Shown here: positions 18,521 to 28,300 of the stretch, one piece after another
Position numbering within the stretch: position 1 is the stretch's first letter
How the letters are laid out: every line of letters begins with the position of its first letter
Assembly: GCA_049695975.1 (NCBI GenBank)
Contig: JBAVTE010000009.1
Span: forward strand, 4,459-68,458
DNA from: Minisyncoccia bacterium
GTDB lineage: Bacteria; Patescibacteriota; Minisyncoccia; Phycocordibacterales; GWA1-40-21
Length of the DNA: 64,000 nucleotides
Direction: 5' to 3'
The notes under the pieces: model-generated
Database searches by the model: none
Told to the model about the DNA's origin: nothing
Seen by the model: only the letters and a program-made list of their open reading frames with translations
Position numbers and translations under genes: made by a program

Positions 18521-19099
18521 ATGACATTAAAAAGATTAGACGCAAAAAATTTACAAAAGAATACAGAAAATGTGACAGGACTTCACCCCGAGATAGTTGG
18601 CGATTTCAATGACATAAAAGGAGATGTTTCCAAAATAAGAGGAAATATAACTATTCACAAAATAAAAGGTGATGTTTCAAATATAGCTGGCGACATTAGC
18701 GGGCTTTCTGGCGATGTTAGCAATATTCTTGGTGATGTAACAAATATAAAAGGTGATATGACAAACCTTAGCGGAGATATGAGTGACCTTTCTGCAGACT
18801 TTAGTTCTACTATAGGTGATGTCTCAAATATCAGTGGTTCTGTCAAAAATATCAGAGGCAATGTCAGTAAAATTGAAGGAGATGTATCAAATATTCTCGG
18901 AAATGTTTCAAACATCAAAGGTGATGTTACAAACCTTGTAGGCAATGTAACAAACATAAAAGGTTATGTCAGTAATATCAGAGGCAATGTTACAAATGTT
19001 TCTGGAGATGTCACAAACATCTACGGCGATGTCACTGGGGTTGAAGGAGACACGACAGGTATGTCTGGCAATATTGAGGAGTTATTAAAAATTAAGTAA
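18521..19099 (+). CDS. heptapeptide-repeat protein (~20 tandem G-[DN]-V-[ST]-N-[IL]-x heptads), no signal peptide, unknown function
   Basis: Start taken at the ATG at 18521 (the longer TTG ORF overlaps xfp); protein is GDVSNIA GDISGLS GDVSNIL GDVTNIK GDMTNLS ... GDVTNIY GDVTGVE; hydrophobics at heptad positions a/d. Confidence 0.6.
   Translation: MTLKRLDAKNLQKNTENVTGLHPEIVGDFNDIKGDVSKIRGNITIHKIKGDVSNIAGDISGLSGDVSNILGDVTNIKGDMTNLSGDMSDLSADFSSTIGDVSNISGSVKNIRGNVSKIEGDVSNILGNVSNIKGDVTNLVGNVTNIKGYVSNIRGNVTNVSGDVTNIYGDVTGVEGDTTGMSGNIEELLKIK
18599..19061 (+). repeat. in-frame 21-bp tandem repeat array (~20 degenerate copies) encoding the heptad repeats
   Basis: Units such as ggtgatgtttcaaatatagct / ggcgatgttagcaatattctt / ggtgatgtaacaaatataaaa; copies differ mainly at synonymous positions. 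Confidence 0.7.
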
Positions 19100-19234
19100 A
19101 AGATAGTGTGTTAAGAAAAGTCTTTAATATTTTAACTAAGCCTACTGATCCACTTTAGAAACATGAGTTTCTAAAATTAATTGTTAACCTATTCCTTTTT
19201 AATTAAAAATATGCTTTAATAGAAACTCGGATAT

Positions 19235-19251
19235 GCGCTTCGGCGCTTTTT
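19235..19251 (+). terminator. small UUCG-tetraloop hairpin plus T-run (possible terminator of the repeat-protein gene)
   Basis: GCGC-TTCG-GCGC followed by TTTTT; stem is only 4 bp, so this is weak. Confidence 0.3.
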
Positions 19252-19256
19252 ATTAT

Positions 19257-19291
19257 CCAGCCCAATTTTTTGCGGCAAAAAATTGGGCTGG
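19257..19291 (+). promoter_or_regulatory. perfect 15-bp-stem hairpin in the typA leader that overlaps the presumptive ribosome-binding region
   Basis: CCAGCCCAATTTTTT-GCGGC-AAAAAATTGGGCTGG ends 14 nt before the typA ATG; the 3' arm contains the GGG/GGGAAA purine tract. Confidence 0.4.
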
Positions 19292-19305
19292 GAAAACATA
19301 TAATT

Positions 19306-21108
19306 ATGGAAATCAGAAACATAGCAATTATCGCCCACGTGGACCACGGAAAGACCACACTTACAGATGCTCTCATGAAGCAAAGTGGTGTTAATATGGA
19401 AGGCCTTACCATGGACTCAAACTCTCTAGAACAAGAGCGTGGTATTACTATTTATGCCAAAAATACTTCTGTTTTCTACAAAGGCACAAAAATAAATATT
19501 GTAGATACTCCCGGGCACGCTGACTTCGGCTCTGAAGTTGAACGAGTTATCAAGTCAATTGACTCTGTCATTCTCGTCGTGGACGCTCAAGAAGGTCCAA
19601 TGCCTCAAACAAAATTTGTATTAAAAAAATCATTAGAAATTGGGCTTAAGCCTATCGTTGTAATAAATAAAATAGACAAGTCAGCAGCAAGACCCGAAGA
19701 AGCTCACGAAAAAGTGTTGGAGCTCTTTATGGAACTCGGGGCAAACAACGAACAGCTCGATTTTCAAATTATTTATGCTATCGGAAGAAATGGTGTTGCA
19801 ATGAAAAATCTTGGTGATGAACAAAAAGATCTTACTCCCCTTCTCGATTGTATTTTAGAAAATGTTAAACCAGCAGAAAATAAAGAGGATGAACCTCTAA
19901 AAGCTCAGATTTTTAATCTTGCTTACGACAACTTCCTCGGACGACTTGCTATTGCAAGAATTTACGAAGGTAAAATAAAAGATGGTCAAACTATTTTTAC
20001 AAAAACACCAGACGGAAAAACCAAAAAATTTCGCATTACCAAACTTTACACTTTCAATGGAATGACCAAAGAAGCAGTAGAAGAAGCACCTTGTGGAGAT
20101 ATTGTAATGGTTGCAGGAATTTCAGATGCATTTATCGGAGAAACAATTGTAGAAAATAATGAGCAAATTCCCCTCCCTTCTATTCCAATAGATGAGCCAA
20201 CTATTTCTCTAAACTTTTTAGTCAATGATTCCCCTTTTGCAGGAAGAGAAGGCAAATTTGTAACAGGACGACAAATACGAGAAAGACTAGAAAAAGAACT
20301 CGAAGTAAATGTTGGACTAAAAATCGATTTCAGTTCCGAACCACTTTTGGTCTACGGACGAGGTGAGCTTCACATTGCTATCCTTCTTGAAAATATGAGA
20401 AGAGAAGGTTATGAACTTCAAGTCTCTCAACCACAAGCAATCTCAAAAGAAGAAAATGGTGTAAAAACAGAACCATTTGAAGAAGTGACGATAGATGTAC
20501 CTGAAGAATATTCTGGAAATGTGATAGATAAAATAGGTAGGAGAAAAGGAATAATGACCGAAATGAAACAAAAAGAAGGACACTGCCGAATAATATTTGA
20601 TGTACCTACTAGAGGTCTTCTCGGATACCGCGGACAGTTTGTAGTAGATACTAGAGGTGAAGGAATTCTCTGTTCTAGATTTGTCGGATTTAAACCTTAT
20701 GCTGGAGAAATACGAAAACAAGAATATGGTTCTATGACTTCCATGGCTTCTGGAAAAGCTTTGGCATTTTCACTATGGAATTTACAAGAAAGAGGTTCTA
20801 TTTACATTGACCCAGCAACTGAGGTCTATGAGGGAATGGTCATTGGAAATGTTACAAAAGGTGATGAAATGGATGTAAATCCAACAAAAGGAAAGGCTCT
20901 TACAAATATGAGAAAAACTAGTTCAGACGAAGCGATATATCTTACTCCACCACTTCGTCTTGATATTGAAAGAGGCCTTGAAATTATGAGACACGATGAA
21001 CTTTTAGAAATTACACCAAAAAATGTAAGACTTAGAAAAAAGAACCTTACCGATGTTGAGAGAAAAAGAAATGAAAGAAGTCAGACAAAGAAGTTGAATG
21101 ATTTATAA
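19306..21108 (+). CDS. typA: translational GTPase TypA/BipA with K/R-rich C-terminal tail
   Basis: [23 protein letters not shown] (G1), [15 protein letters not shown] (G3), NKIDK (G4); five-domain EF-G-like layout; the upstream TTG (19270) ORF-track start lies inside the leader hairpin and is rejected. Confidence 0.9.
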   Translation: MEIRNIAIIAHVDHGKTTLTDALMKQSGVNMEGLTMDSNSLEQERGITIYAKNTSVFYKGTKINIVDTPGHADFGSEVERVIKSIDSVILVVDAQEGPMPQTKFVLKKSLEIGLKPIVVINKIDKSAARPEEAHEKVLELFMELGANNEQLDFQIIYAIGRNGVAMKNLGDEQKDLTPLLDCILENVKPAENKEDEPLKAQIFNLAYDNFLGRLAIARIYEGKIKDGQTIFTKTPDGKTKKFRITKLYTFNGMTKEAVEEAPCGDIVMVAGISDAFIGETIVENNEQIPLPSIPIDEPTISLNFLVNDSPFAGREGKFVTGRQIRERLEKELEVNVGLKIDFSSEPLLVYGRGELHIAILLENMRREGYELQVSQPQAISKEENGVKTEPFEEVTIDVPEEYSGNVIDKIGRRKGIMTEMKQKEGHCRIIFDVPTRGLLGYRGQFVVDTRGEGILCSRFVGFKPYAGEIRKQEYGSMTSMASGKALAFSLWNLQERGSIYIDPATEVYEGMVIGNVTKGDEMDVNPTKGKALTNMRKTSSDEAIYLTPPLRLDIERGLEIMRHDELLEITPKNVRLRKKNLTDVERKRNERSQTKKLNDL

Positions 21109-21111
21109 AAC

Positions 21112-21147
21112 AAAAAAACACCCACAGAAAGTGGGTGTTTTTTGTTT
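21112..21147. terminator. bidirectional Rho-independent terminator between typA and the convergent RRM gene
   Basis: AACACCCAC-AGAAA-GTGGGTGTT flanked by A-run and T-run. Confidence 0.6.
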
Positions 21148-21160
21148 TGAGAAGAAGATA

Positions 21161-21457
21161 TTATCTTCCTCCTCTGTAACCTCCTCTATCTCCTCTGTCT
21201 TGTCTTGGTTCGAGTGGCTTTGCTTCATTGACGATAAGCTTTCTTCCATCCATTTCAACACCGTTAAGTGTTTGAATAGCTGTATCAGCTTCATTATCAT
21301 TAGTCATAGACACAAAACCGAAACCTCTGGATCGACCAGTCATCTTATCCATGATGATATTGGCGGATTCAACGGCTCCAACTTTTGAGAAGTAGTCCTT
21401 CAAAGATGCATCTGTTGCACCGTATGAAAGGTTACCTATATATAATTTCTTTGCCAT
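21161..21457 (-). CDS. RRM-type (RNP-1/RNP-2) RNA-binding protein with Gly/Arg-rich C-terminus
   Basis: RNP-2 LYIGNL and RNP-1 RGFGFVSM motifs; C-terminal RQDRGDRGGYRGGR. Confidence 0.8.
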   Translation of the reverse strand: MAKKLYIGNLSYGATDASLKDYFSKVGAVESANIIMDKMTGRSRGFGFVSMTNDNEADTAIQTLNGVEMDGRKLIVNEAKPLEPRQDRGDRGGYRGGR

Positions 21458-21643
21458 TTGTTTGAGCTTGAAATATTCTACTAAATTCGCAGAACGACCT
21501 GTCTCAAACGGCTAAGAAAACTTAAACCTACGAGAACTTGTACTGCATAAATAGTATAGCACATATCAATAAATAATGCAAGTCAAGATGTTGATAATAA
21601 GATAACTTGTGAAAATAGCATATTTTGTATAGAATTAACATAA

Positions 21644-22960
21644 ATGTCAGAAAAAAGTAAAAATGTAAGTACAGAGCCGTATAAAGGAGTAAGGGATTTT
21701 TATCCTACCGATATGGCAGTGCAAAATTACATATTTAAAGTAATGAAAGAAACAGTTGAAGGTTTTGGTTATTCTGAATACGGAGCGTCTGTACTTGAGC
21801 CAGCAGATCTTTACAAAGCAAAATCTGGAGAAGAAATTGTAAATGAGCAAACGTACACATTTACAGACAAAGGTGACCGCGAGGTCTCTCTCCGCCCAGA
21901 AATGACTCCGACAGTTGCAAGAATGATTGCAGGAAAACTTAAAGAGCTTGCCATACCTTTACGATGGTATTCCATTCCAAATCTTTTTCGCTATGAAAAA
22001 CCACAGAGAGGACGCACTCGTGAACATTGGCAACTCAATGTAGATATTTTTGGCGTAAAATCCATTGAAGCAGAAGTAGAGGTTATTTCCATTGCTTCAC
22101 AGGTTCTGAAAAATTTTGGACTCAAAGATTCCAATTTTGAAATTAGAATAAATAGTCGAAAAATAATTAACTACATTTTAAAAGATCTTTTTTCTTTACA
22201 TGAAAATACCATACAAAAAGTTTCTAAGCTCATAGACAAGAAAGATAAGATGAAAGATGGAGAGTTTACGAAAGCTATAGAAGAAATGATCCCTGAAAGA
22301 AGCTCCGAATTTATCACCCTCATCAATTCTAAAAACTTTGAAGAATTTATTTCTCATCTGCCACAAACTGCCGAAGAAAATGAGGGTGTTAAAGAAATCA
22401 AAAAACTCATTGGACGACTTGAGGAAATTGGTATTACAAATGCAGTATTCTGCCAGGCTCTGATGCGTGGTTTTGACTATTATACCGGAATTGTATTTGA
22501 AGTGTATGATACAAACCCCGACAACAGACGATCTGTCTTTGGAGGCGGAAGATATGATGATTTGCTGGATATTTTTGACAAAGAGAAAGTTCCGGCCTGC
22601 GGATTTGGTGCAGGTGATGTGATTATCAGAGATATTTTGGAGACATATGGTTTAATGCCGAAGTTCCCTGCTCCAGCAGACATTTACATTTGTGTTATGA
22701 ACGAGACTTCAATCGGCTTTGCCCAAGATCTAGCCCAATCTCTACGAGAAAGGAAAATCAGAACTTCTGTTGATTTTTCATTCCGAAAAGTAGGAGACCA
22801 AATAAAATACGCCGATAAAAATAAAATTCCTTTTGTTATCTGTATCGGCGAAGAAGAAGTTAAAACCGGTAAATTTAAAGTCAAAAATCTTTCAACAGGT
22901 GAACAAACAGAATTTGACGATTTAGAAATGGAAAAAGTCCAAAAAATAGTTAGAAATTAA
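21644..22960 (+). CDS. hisS: histidyl-tRNA synthetase
   Basis: Class II motifs; HisRS-specific LRPEMTPTVARM and GGGRYDDL motifs; anticodon-binding C-terminal domain. Confidence 0.9.
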   Translation: MSEKSKNVSTEPYKGVRDFYPTDMAVQNYIFKVMKETVEGFGYSEYGASVLEPADLYKAKSGEEIVNEQTYTFTDKGDREVSLRPEMTPTVARMIAGKLKELAIPLRWYSIPNLFRYEKPQRGRTREHWQLNVDIFGVKSIEAEVEVISIASQVLKNFGLKDSNFEIRINSRKIINYILKDLFSLHENTIQKVSKLIDKKDKMKDGEFTKAIEEMIPERSSEFITLINSKNFEEFISHLPQTAEENEGVKEIKKLIGRLEEIGITNAVFCQALMRGFDYYTGIVFEVYDTNPDNRRSVFGGGRYDDLLDIFDKEKVPACGFGAGDVIIRDILETYGLMPKFPAPADIYICVMNETSIGFAQDLAQSLRERKIRTSVDFSFRKVGDQIKYADKNKIPFVICIGEEEVKTGKFKVKNLSTGEQTEFDDLEMEKVQKIVRN

Positions 22961-23048
22961 TTGATCATAATTGCGAGGTGATTTCGGACAAAGCAATCTA
23001 AAAGTAGAACCAGATTGCTTCAAGATTACCACCAAAAAAACAAACAAA

Positions 23049-23630
23049 ATGCTTAAAATAGTATTTGACCTCGAAACAAGTAATATTTTTGATGATATAG
23101 CTAGTAATGATCCGTCTTTGCTTGATATGTCTGTATGCTGTATTTATAACTATGAAACTGATGAGTATTCTAGCTTTACAAAAGAACAGCTCAAAGACCT
23201 TTGGCCTATTATTGAAAAAGCTGATGTCCTTATTGGATACAATTCCGATCATTTTGATATTCCCCTTCTTGGTAAATATTACTCTGGAGATCTAACCAAA
23301 ATAAAAAGTGTGGATATAATGAAAGATATTAAGAAATCCTTAGGAAGAAGAATCAAACTCGATACTATTGCAGAAGCGACTCTCGGCAAAAATAAAATCG
23401 GTCACGGAATAGAAGCGACCATCTGGTGGAAAAATGGCGAGTACGAAAAAGTGATTGAATATTGCAAAGAAGATGTCAAAATCACAAAAGAAATTTACGA
23501 ATATGCTCTCAAAAATGGTATTTTAAAATACAAAGACAAAGACGGTGGAGAAATAAAAGAAATTAAGATAGACACTTCAAACTGGGAAAAGAAAAATGAG
23601 TCAATAATTACCCATACTTTGTTTGGATAA
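23049..23630 (+). CDS. DEDDy-type 3'-5' exonuclease (RNase D / PolA-exo-like fold)
   Basis: Exo I VFDLETSN, Exo II YNSDHFDIPLL, Exo III YCKEDVKITKEIY; start taken at the ATG at 23049 (MLKIVFDLE). Confidence 0.6.
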   Translation: MLKIVFDLETSNIFDDIASNDPSLLDMSVCCIYNYETDEYSSFTKEQLKDLWPIIEKADVLIGYNSDHFDIPLLGKYYSGDLTKIKSVDIMKDIKKSLGRRIKLDTIAEATLGKNKIGHGIEATIWWKNGEYEKVIEYCKEDVKITKEIYEYALKNGILKYKDKDGGEIKEIKIDTSNWEKKNESIITHTLFG

Positions 23631-23632
23631 TA

Positions 23633-24505
23633 TTACAATAAAATCAAAATCAGAATTGCTAATATAACACGATAATACACAAAGACATTTAACTTATGGC
23701 TTTTGAGGAACCTAAGCAGATAGTGGACAACAACGAGTCCAGTGACAAATGCAACAAGCGAACCAACGAGGAGCGGTAGGCCAAGCCCACCGAGCTCATG
23801 CGAATGAATAAGTTCAAAAAGTTTTAGAAGGCCAGAGCCGATGATGATGGGTATTGAAAGTAAAAAGGAAAAACGCGCTGCCTGCTCTCTGGTCAGACCC
23901 ATAAAAAGTCCGCCGGAAATGGTAGCACCCGATCGAGAAAAACCGGGAAGAAGCGAGAGGCATTGAAAAAAACCGATAGCAATTCCCTTTTTAATTGTTA
24001 AAGAAGACTGGATTGCTCCGTCTTCGCTTGCAATGACGGGAGAAGTAGAGAGAACAGATAAATGTTTTGAATAAAGTTCTGCGAGGTACATTACAATACT
24101 TCCAGCAATAAGAACATATGCTACGAGGTGTAAATTTCGAAAAATTGTATCCATTTGTTTTTGTAAAAGAAGTCCGCCGACAACCGCGGGGATTGTACCT
24201 AAGATAATTGCCAAAATTAAAGTTCTGGATTGCTTCGTTTCACTCTCAATAACAGAAGGGATGGACCCCGATCTTCGTCGAAATGTCAAAAAAGAGAAAA
24301 AAGTTTTTATTAAATTCCAAATATCTTTCCAAAAATATACTACAAGGGCAAGTCCTGTCGCAAGCTGAAGCACTGCATCAAAAGATAAATCAAAATTAGT
24401 CTTCATCCCCAAAATATCTCTAATTAGTATTAAGTGTCCCGAAGAAGAAATCGGCAAAAACTCTGTAATTCCCTCAGTAAATCCTAAAATTATTAAATCT
24501 AACAT
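23633..24505 (-). CDS. uppP: undecaprenyl-diphosphate phosphatase
   Basis: N-terminal GFTEGITEFLPISSSGHLIL and C-terminal PGFSRSGATISGGLFMGL BacA/UppP motifs; 8 predicted TM helices. Confidence 0.9.
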   Translation of the reverse strand: MLDLIILGFTEGITEFLPISSSGHLILIRDILGMKTNFDLSFDAVLQLATGLALVVYFWKDIWNLIKTFFSFLTFRRRSGSIPSVIESETKQSRTLILAIILGTIPAVVGGLLLQKQMDTIFRNLHLVAYVLIAGSIVMYLAELYSKHLSVLSTSPVIASEDGAIQSSLTIKKGIAIGFFQCLSLLPGFSRSGATISGGLFMGLTREQAARFSFLLSIPIIIGSGLLKLFELIHSHELGGLGLPLLVGSLVAFVTGLVVVHYLLRFLKSHKLNVFVYYRVILAILILILL

Positions 24506-24576
24506 AAAAACATTATAGCATTATTTGTGTTATATGATAGAATGTGATTATTATAAATTAATAAAGGTAAAAAAAT

Positions 24577-25332
24577 ATGAATAAATATTTAACACCAATA
24601 GCAATAGTGATAGTTGGAATATTGATTGCCGGATCGATTTTTCTTACAAGTAAAATCAAAACAAATACCCCAGTAGACACCAATATATCACCCGCAGTTT
24701 CTGTAGTCACACCTGTAAATGAAAAAGATCACATACTAGGCAATCCTCAAGCAAGTATTGTTGTCGTAGAATATGGTGATACAGAATGTCCTCCTTGTAA
24801 AATGTTCCATACAGTTATGAATCAAGTAATAGATAATTATGGAAAAACAGGACAGGTTGCTTGGGTCTTCAGACACTCTCCAATCGTTGGTTTGCATTCA
24901 AAAGCCCCAAAAGAAGCCGAGGCTACAGAATGTGCCACACTCCTCGGTGGAAAAGATATGTTTTGGAAATATATAGATCAAATCTACACAATCACTCCTG
25001 GAAATAATGGTTTGGATCCAGCAGAACTTCCAAAAATTGCGACCTCTTTAGGCCTTGATGTCACAAAGTTTAATACTTGTCTTTCATCTGGTTCACAAAA
25101 ATCAATAGTGGATCAGGATTTGGCTGATGCACTAAAAATTACAGGTGGACAATTGGGCACCCCACATATAGAAATGATATTAAAGAATGCTCTTACAAAT
25201 GAAAAAGTTACAGACATCGGAACAAACTTTGGAAACAGCATAAATATTGGATCCGACCGAAAACACATTAGTTTTGGTGGTGCTTATCCATATGATGCAT
25301 TTAAGTTTCTTATAGATCTTATATTAAAGTAA
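24577..25332 (+). CDS. membrane-anchored DsbA-like thiol:disulfide oxidoreductase (thioredoxin fold, CPPC)
   Basis: N-terminal TM helix; VVEYGDTECPPCKMFH active-site motif. Confidence 0.75.
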   Translation: MNKYLTPIAIVIVGILIAGSIFLTSKIKTNTPVDTNISPAVSVVTPVNEKDHILGNPQASIVVVEYGDTECPPCKMFHTVMNQVIDNYGKTGQVAWVFRHSPIVGLHSKAPKEAEATECATLLGGKDMFWKYIDQIYTITPGNNGLDPAELPKIATSLGLDVTKFNTCLSSGSQKSIVDQDLADALKITGGQLGTPHIEMILKNALTNEKVTDIGTNFGNSINIGSDRKHISFGGAYPYDAFKFLIDLILK

Positions 25333-25333
25333 A

Positions 25334-28300
25334 CTATATTTTTCCTTCTATCAAATCATCGACAAACCGCTGAGAACCTTTTGTATCTTTAGAATATTTA
25401 GAAACATCAGGAAAATCTAGATTTATAATTTTGTTATAGATAACTGTAATGAGTTTCTTTAGTTTTTCTACTTTTTCGTCTTCTATAATCAAATTTAAAT
25501 CAAAAATTTTTCCATTTTTAGGTTCAATAAATTGCAAAACTCCACTTTTTACTTTGCCCTTTCTGCCAAACTCTCTTGAACCCTCCAAAAGGAGTTTGTA
25601 ATAAATGATTTGTCTTTCATATTTTATTGCTTTTGCTTTTTCATAATCGCTTCCACTAGTCCATGACAAAAGAGGTTTGCCTGTTTTATAATCGCAAACT
25701 TTGTATTCCCCACTATTTTCTTCCATAATCCTATCTATTTTTCCAGACAAATGTGCACCACCAAGCATCACCCCTTGATCTTTAAAATTAAATTCAATAA
25801 TGTCCTTAGGACTGAACCCGTCTTTTTTATTTTTCAGAAATTTATCAAGATCGTCTTGTCCTTTTTCCAAATTTTTTTCAAAATCCTTTGGCGACATTCT
25901 TTCTTTTATAAGAAAATATTTGAACCAAGAAAGTGTTTCAGGAATTTCAGCCATCCTACCTTCCTTTTTAAGAAAAAGAGAAAATTTCTCGAGGGTATGG
26001 TGAATGGCCGAACCATATGAACTGCTGGTATTTTTTGCTTGCGGAAAACGCAAAAGATTTTGTTCCAAAAAATACTGAGGCCCTCCCTTTTCTACATCAA
26101 GAAAATTATTTAAATGAGTGATAGGCATTTCATAGTCAGTCAGTAATGATTTCAAAAGTTTTTCTTCAGAACCAACAAATGGTGGAGTATGATATTGCAA
26201 CCAAGAAGCAGTAAGTACCTCGTGTGCATCCGGCAAAACTTCATCATCAATACTTTCACTTTCAAAATATATTTTCTTCAAAATTTCTTTTTTCATCACA
26301 TCTTCTTCCCCATTTTCCGCAATCAAAAATCTCAGTTTATCTGACGAATCTCCATCTTCTTTTATAAGATATGAGGTCATATACAAAAATCTCTTTGCAC
26401 GAGTGAGTGCAACATAAAATAGCCTAAGCTGATCATCCTCTGTATCTCCTGCCGGCTCTATTGGCAGATTTGCAGGCAACACTATCTTATTCGGGATACC
26501 TCCTCGAGCCCAAATATCATCCTGACAAGATAAAACAAAGACTGTCTCAAACTCTAGCCCCTTGGCCTTGTGGGCAGTCAAAAGGTTCACGGCATTATCA
26601 AGCTTTGCAAAAGGACTCTGATCATTCAAAGAAATATCATTCTGATCGTGCAAATCCACAAACTCCACAAGATCTTTGATAGAAAGAATTTCTCCACTTT
26701 TGTACTCCCGAAGAGCTCCCACAAAAACCCTAAGACTGGAAAGAAAAGATAGGTACTCAGCACGTGCGTGATTGAACTTTTCTTTATTAAAATAAAATTC
26801 TCGAAATGGACTTTCAAATTTGGTTTGGGTGGACGAATTTTTTGCCGCAAAAAATTCGTCATTATCATCATCTTCATTTTCTTCAGTCAAGGGTAAATGT
26901 GCGCCAATAATATCATCGAGTATCTTCTCTAGAGGTTCAGATTGTGACCGCACCCCCAAATCAATAAAAAATTTGGCAATATTTTTTATATTATTATTTT
27001 TGTGATCAAGCATAGTCTCAAGCCAATTTTTTTCTGGATAATTTTTCCTAGCATTCAAGGAAACCTGCCAAATGTCTTCCCTATTAATCTGCCAAAAAGG
27101 AAAACTTAATATTTGTGGCATAAATTCATCTGCTTCATCTTTGTGCTTGTCGATTAAAGATGATAGAAAACGAGCAATAATAATAATTTGTGCAATATGT
27201 GGTTCTTTAAAAACATTTTGTTCTCTTTCATATCTTATAGGTACTTTAGCTCCACGGAGGTATGGAACAAGTGTCTCAAGCTGTTTGTGTTTCCTCGCTA
27301 TAACTGCGATTTCTTCTGGTTTTGCGCCGGCATCTATTTTCTTTTTTATCTCTCTTGAAATAAAATGATATTCGTGAGCAACAGTTTTAAATTCTTTGTG
27401 AATAATATTTCCTTTTTTGATTTCTTTGTTTGAAGCTATAAGATTCTTTTCTATTTCTGGTAAAAGCTTTTCAAGTCGCTCTTCACCTTTTCTTATGATA
27501 TGCGAAGCAATATCTAAAATATCTTGCGATGAACGATAATTTTTAGTCATTGTCACTATTTCTACATCTCTAAAAATCTTTTTAAAATTTAAAATATTTG
27601 AAAGTTCGGCTCCTTGAAATTTGTACACTGCCTGATCATCATCTCCCACAGCCATAATGTTTGGCTTACCTTCATTTACAGGCGCGTCAGAAATAAGTAA
27701 CAAAAGTCGCATTTGTGCTTCGTTGGTATCTTGAAATTCATCCACCAAAATGTATTGATACTGCTCTTGGATTTCATATCGTAAACTTGGATTTTCCTCA
27801 AGAGCTTTCAAAACATCGAGGATCATATCATCAAAATCATAATAGCCTTTTTCGTGCATTGTCTTCCTATATTTGGCATAAATATCTCCTACTGCAAGTA
27901 GTTTTTCTATATTTACCGAGTCCTTAAAAATACTTCCGCCTTCATCATCTTTTTTCATCCATTTTTGCTTCCATGCAGAAAGTGGAGTTGCCTTGCCAAG
28001 GTCATTTGCTTCTTCAAGAGCAATCTTCAATGAATCTCTGATTGAACTAAAAAGCGAATTGACAAAATATGCTATTGAAAAACCTTTTTCTGATTTCAAA
28101 GCCAAAGTATTTAATTTTTCTAAAACCTCTGACACATTTCCTAAACTTTCCTTCCCTATTCTTTCGGAAAAAACGGGGGTCAAAATTTTATCAATTTCCA
28201 TCAATGATTTCTTATTGTGCTCTAAAATAGAGTGAAATTCATCCGGTGTGAGACCTGCCTTTTTCAAATACCCTATAACATTCAAAACACTTTTCAAATA

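Noticed and set aside
18599-19061. Regular 21-bp tandem repeats considered as a possible CRISPR array or non-coding satellite
   Set aside because: Repeats are contiguous with no spacers, degenerate at synonymous sites, and sit in a single open reading frame encoding a coherent heptad protein; the antisense ORF 18655..18957 is the mirror artefact.
19270-19305. ORF-track TTG start extending typA by 12 codons (MRQKIGLGKHII)
   Set aside because: The TTG lies inside the perfect leader hairpin; TypA/BipA orthologues begin at the [17 protein letters not shown] motif, which starts at the ATG at 19306.
21458-21643. Weak 8-bp inverted repeat (TTGTTTGAG...CTCAAAC) in the divergent RRM/hisS promoter region
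   Set aside because: Arms are separated by ~38 nt with no supporting structure; most likely chance in AT-rich sequence.
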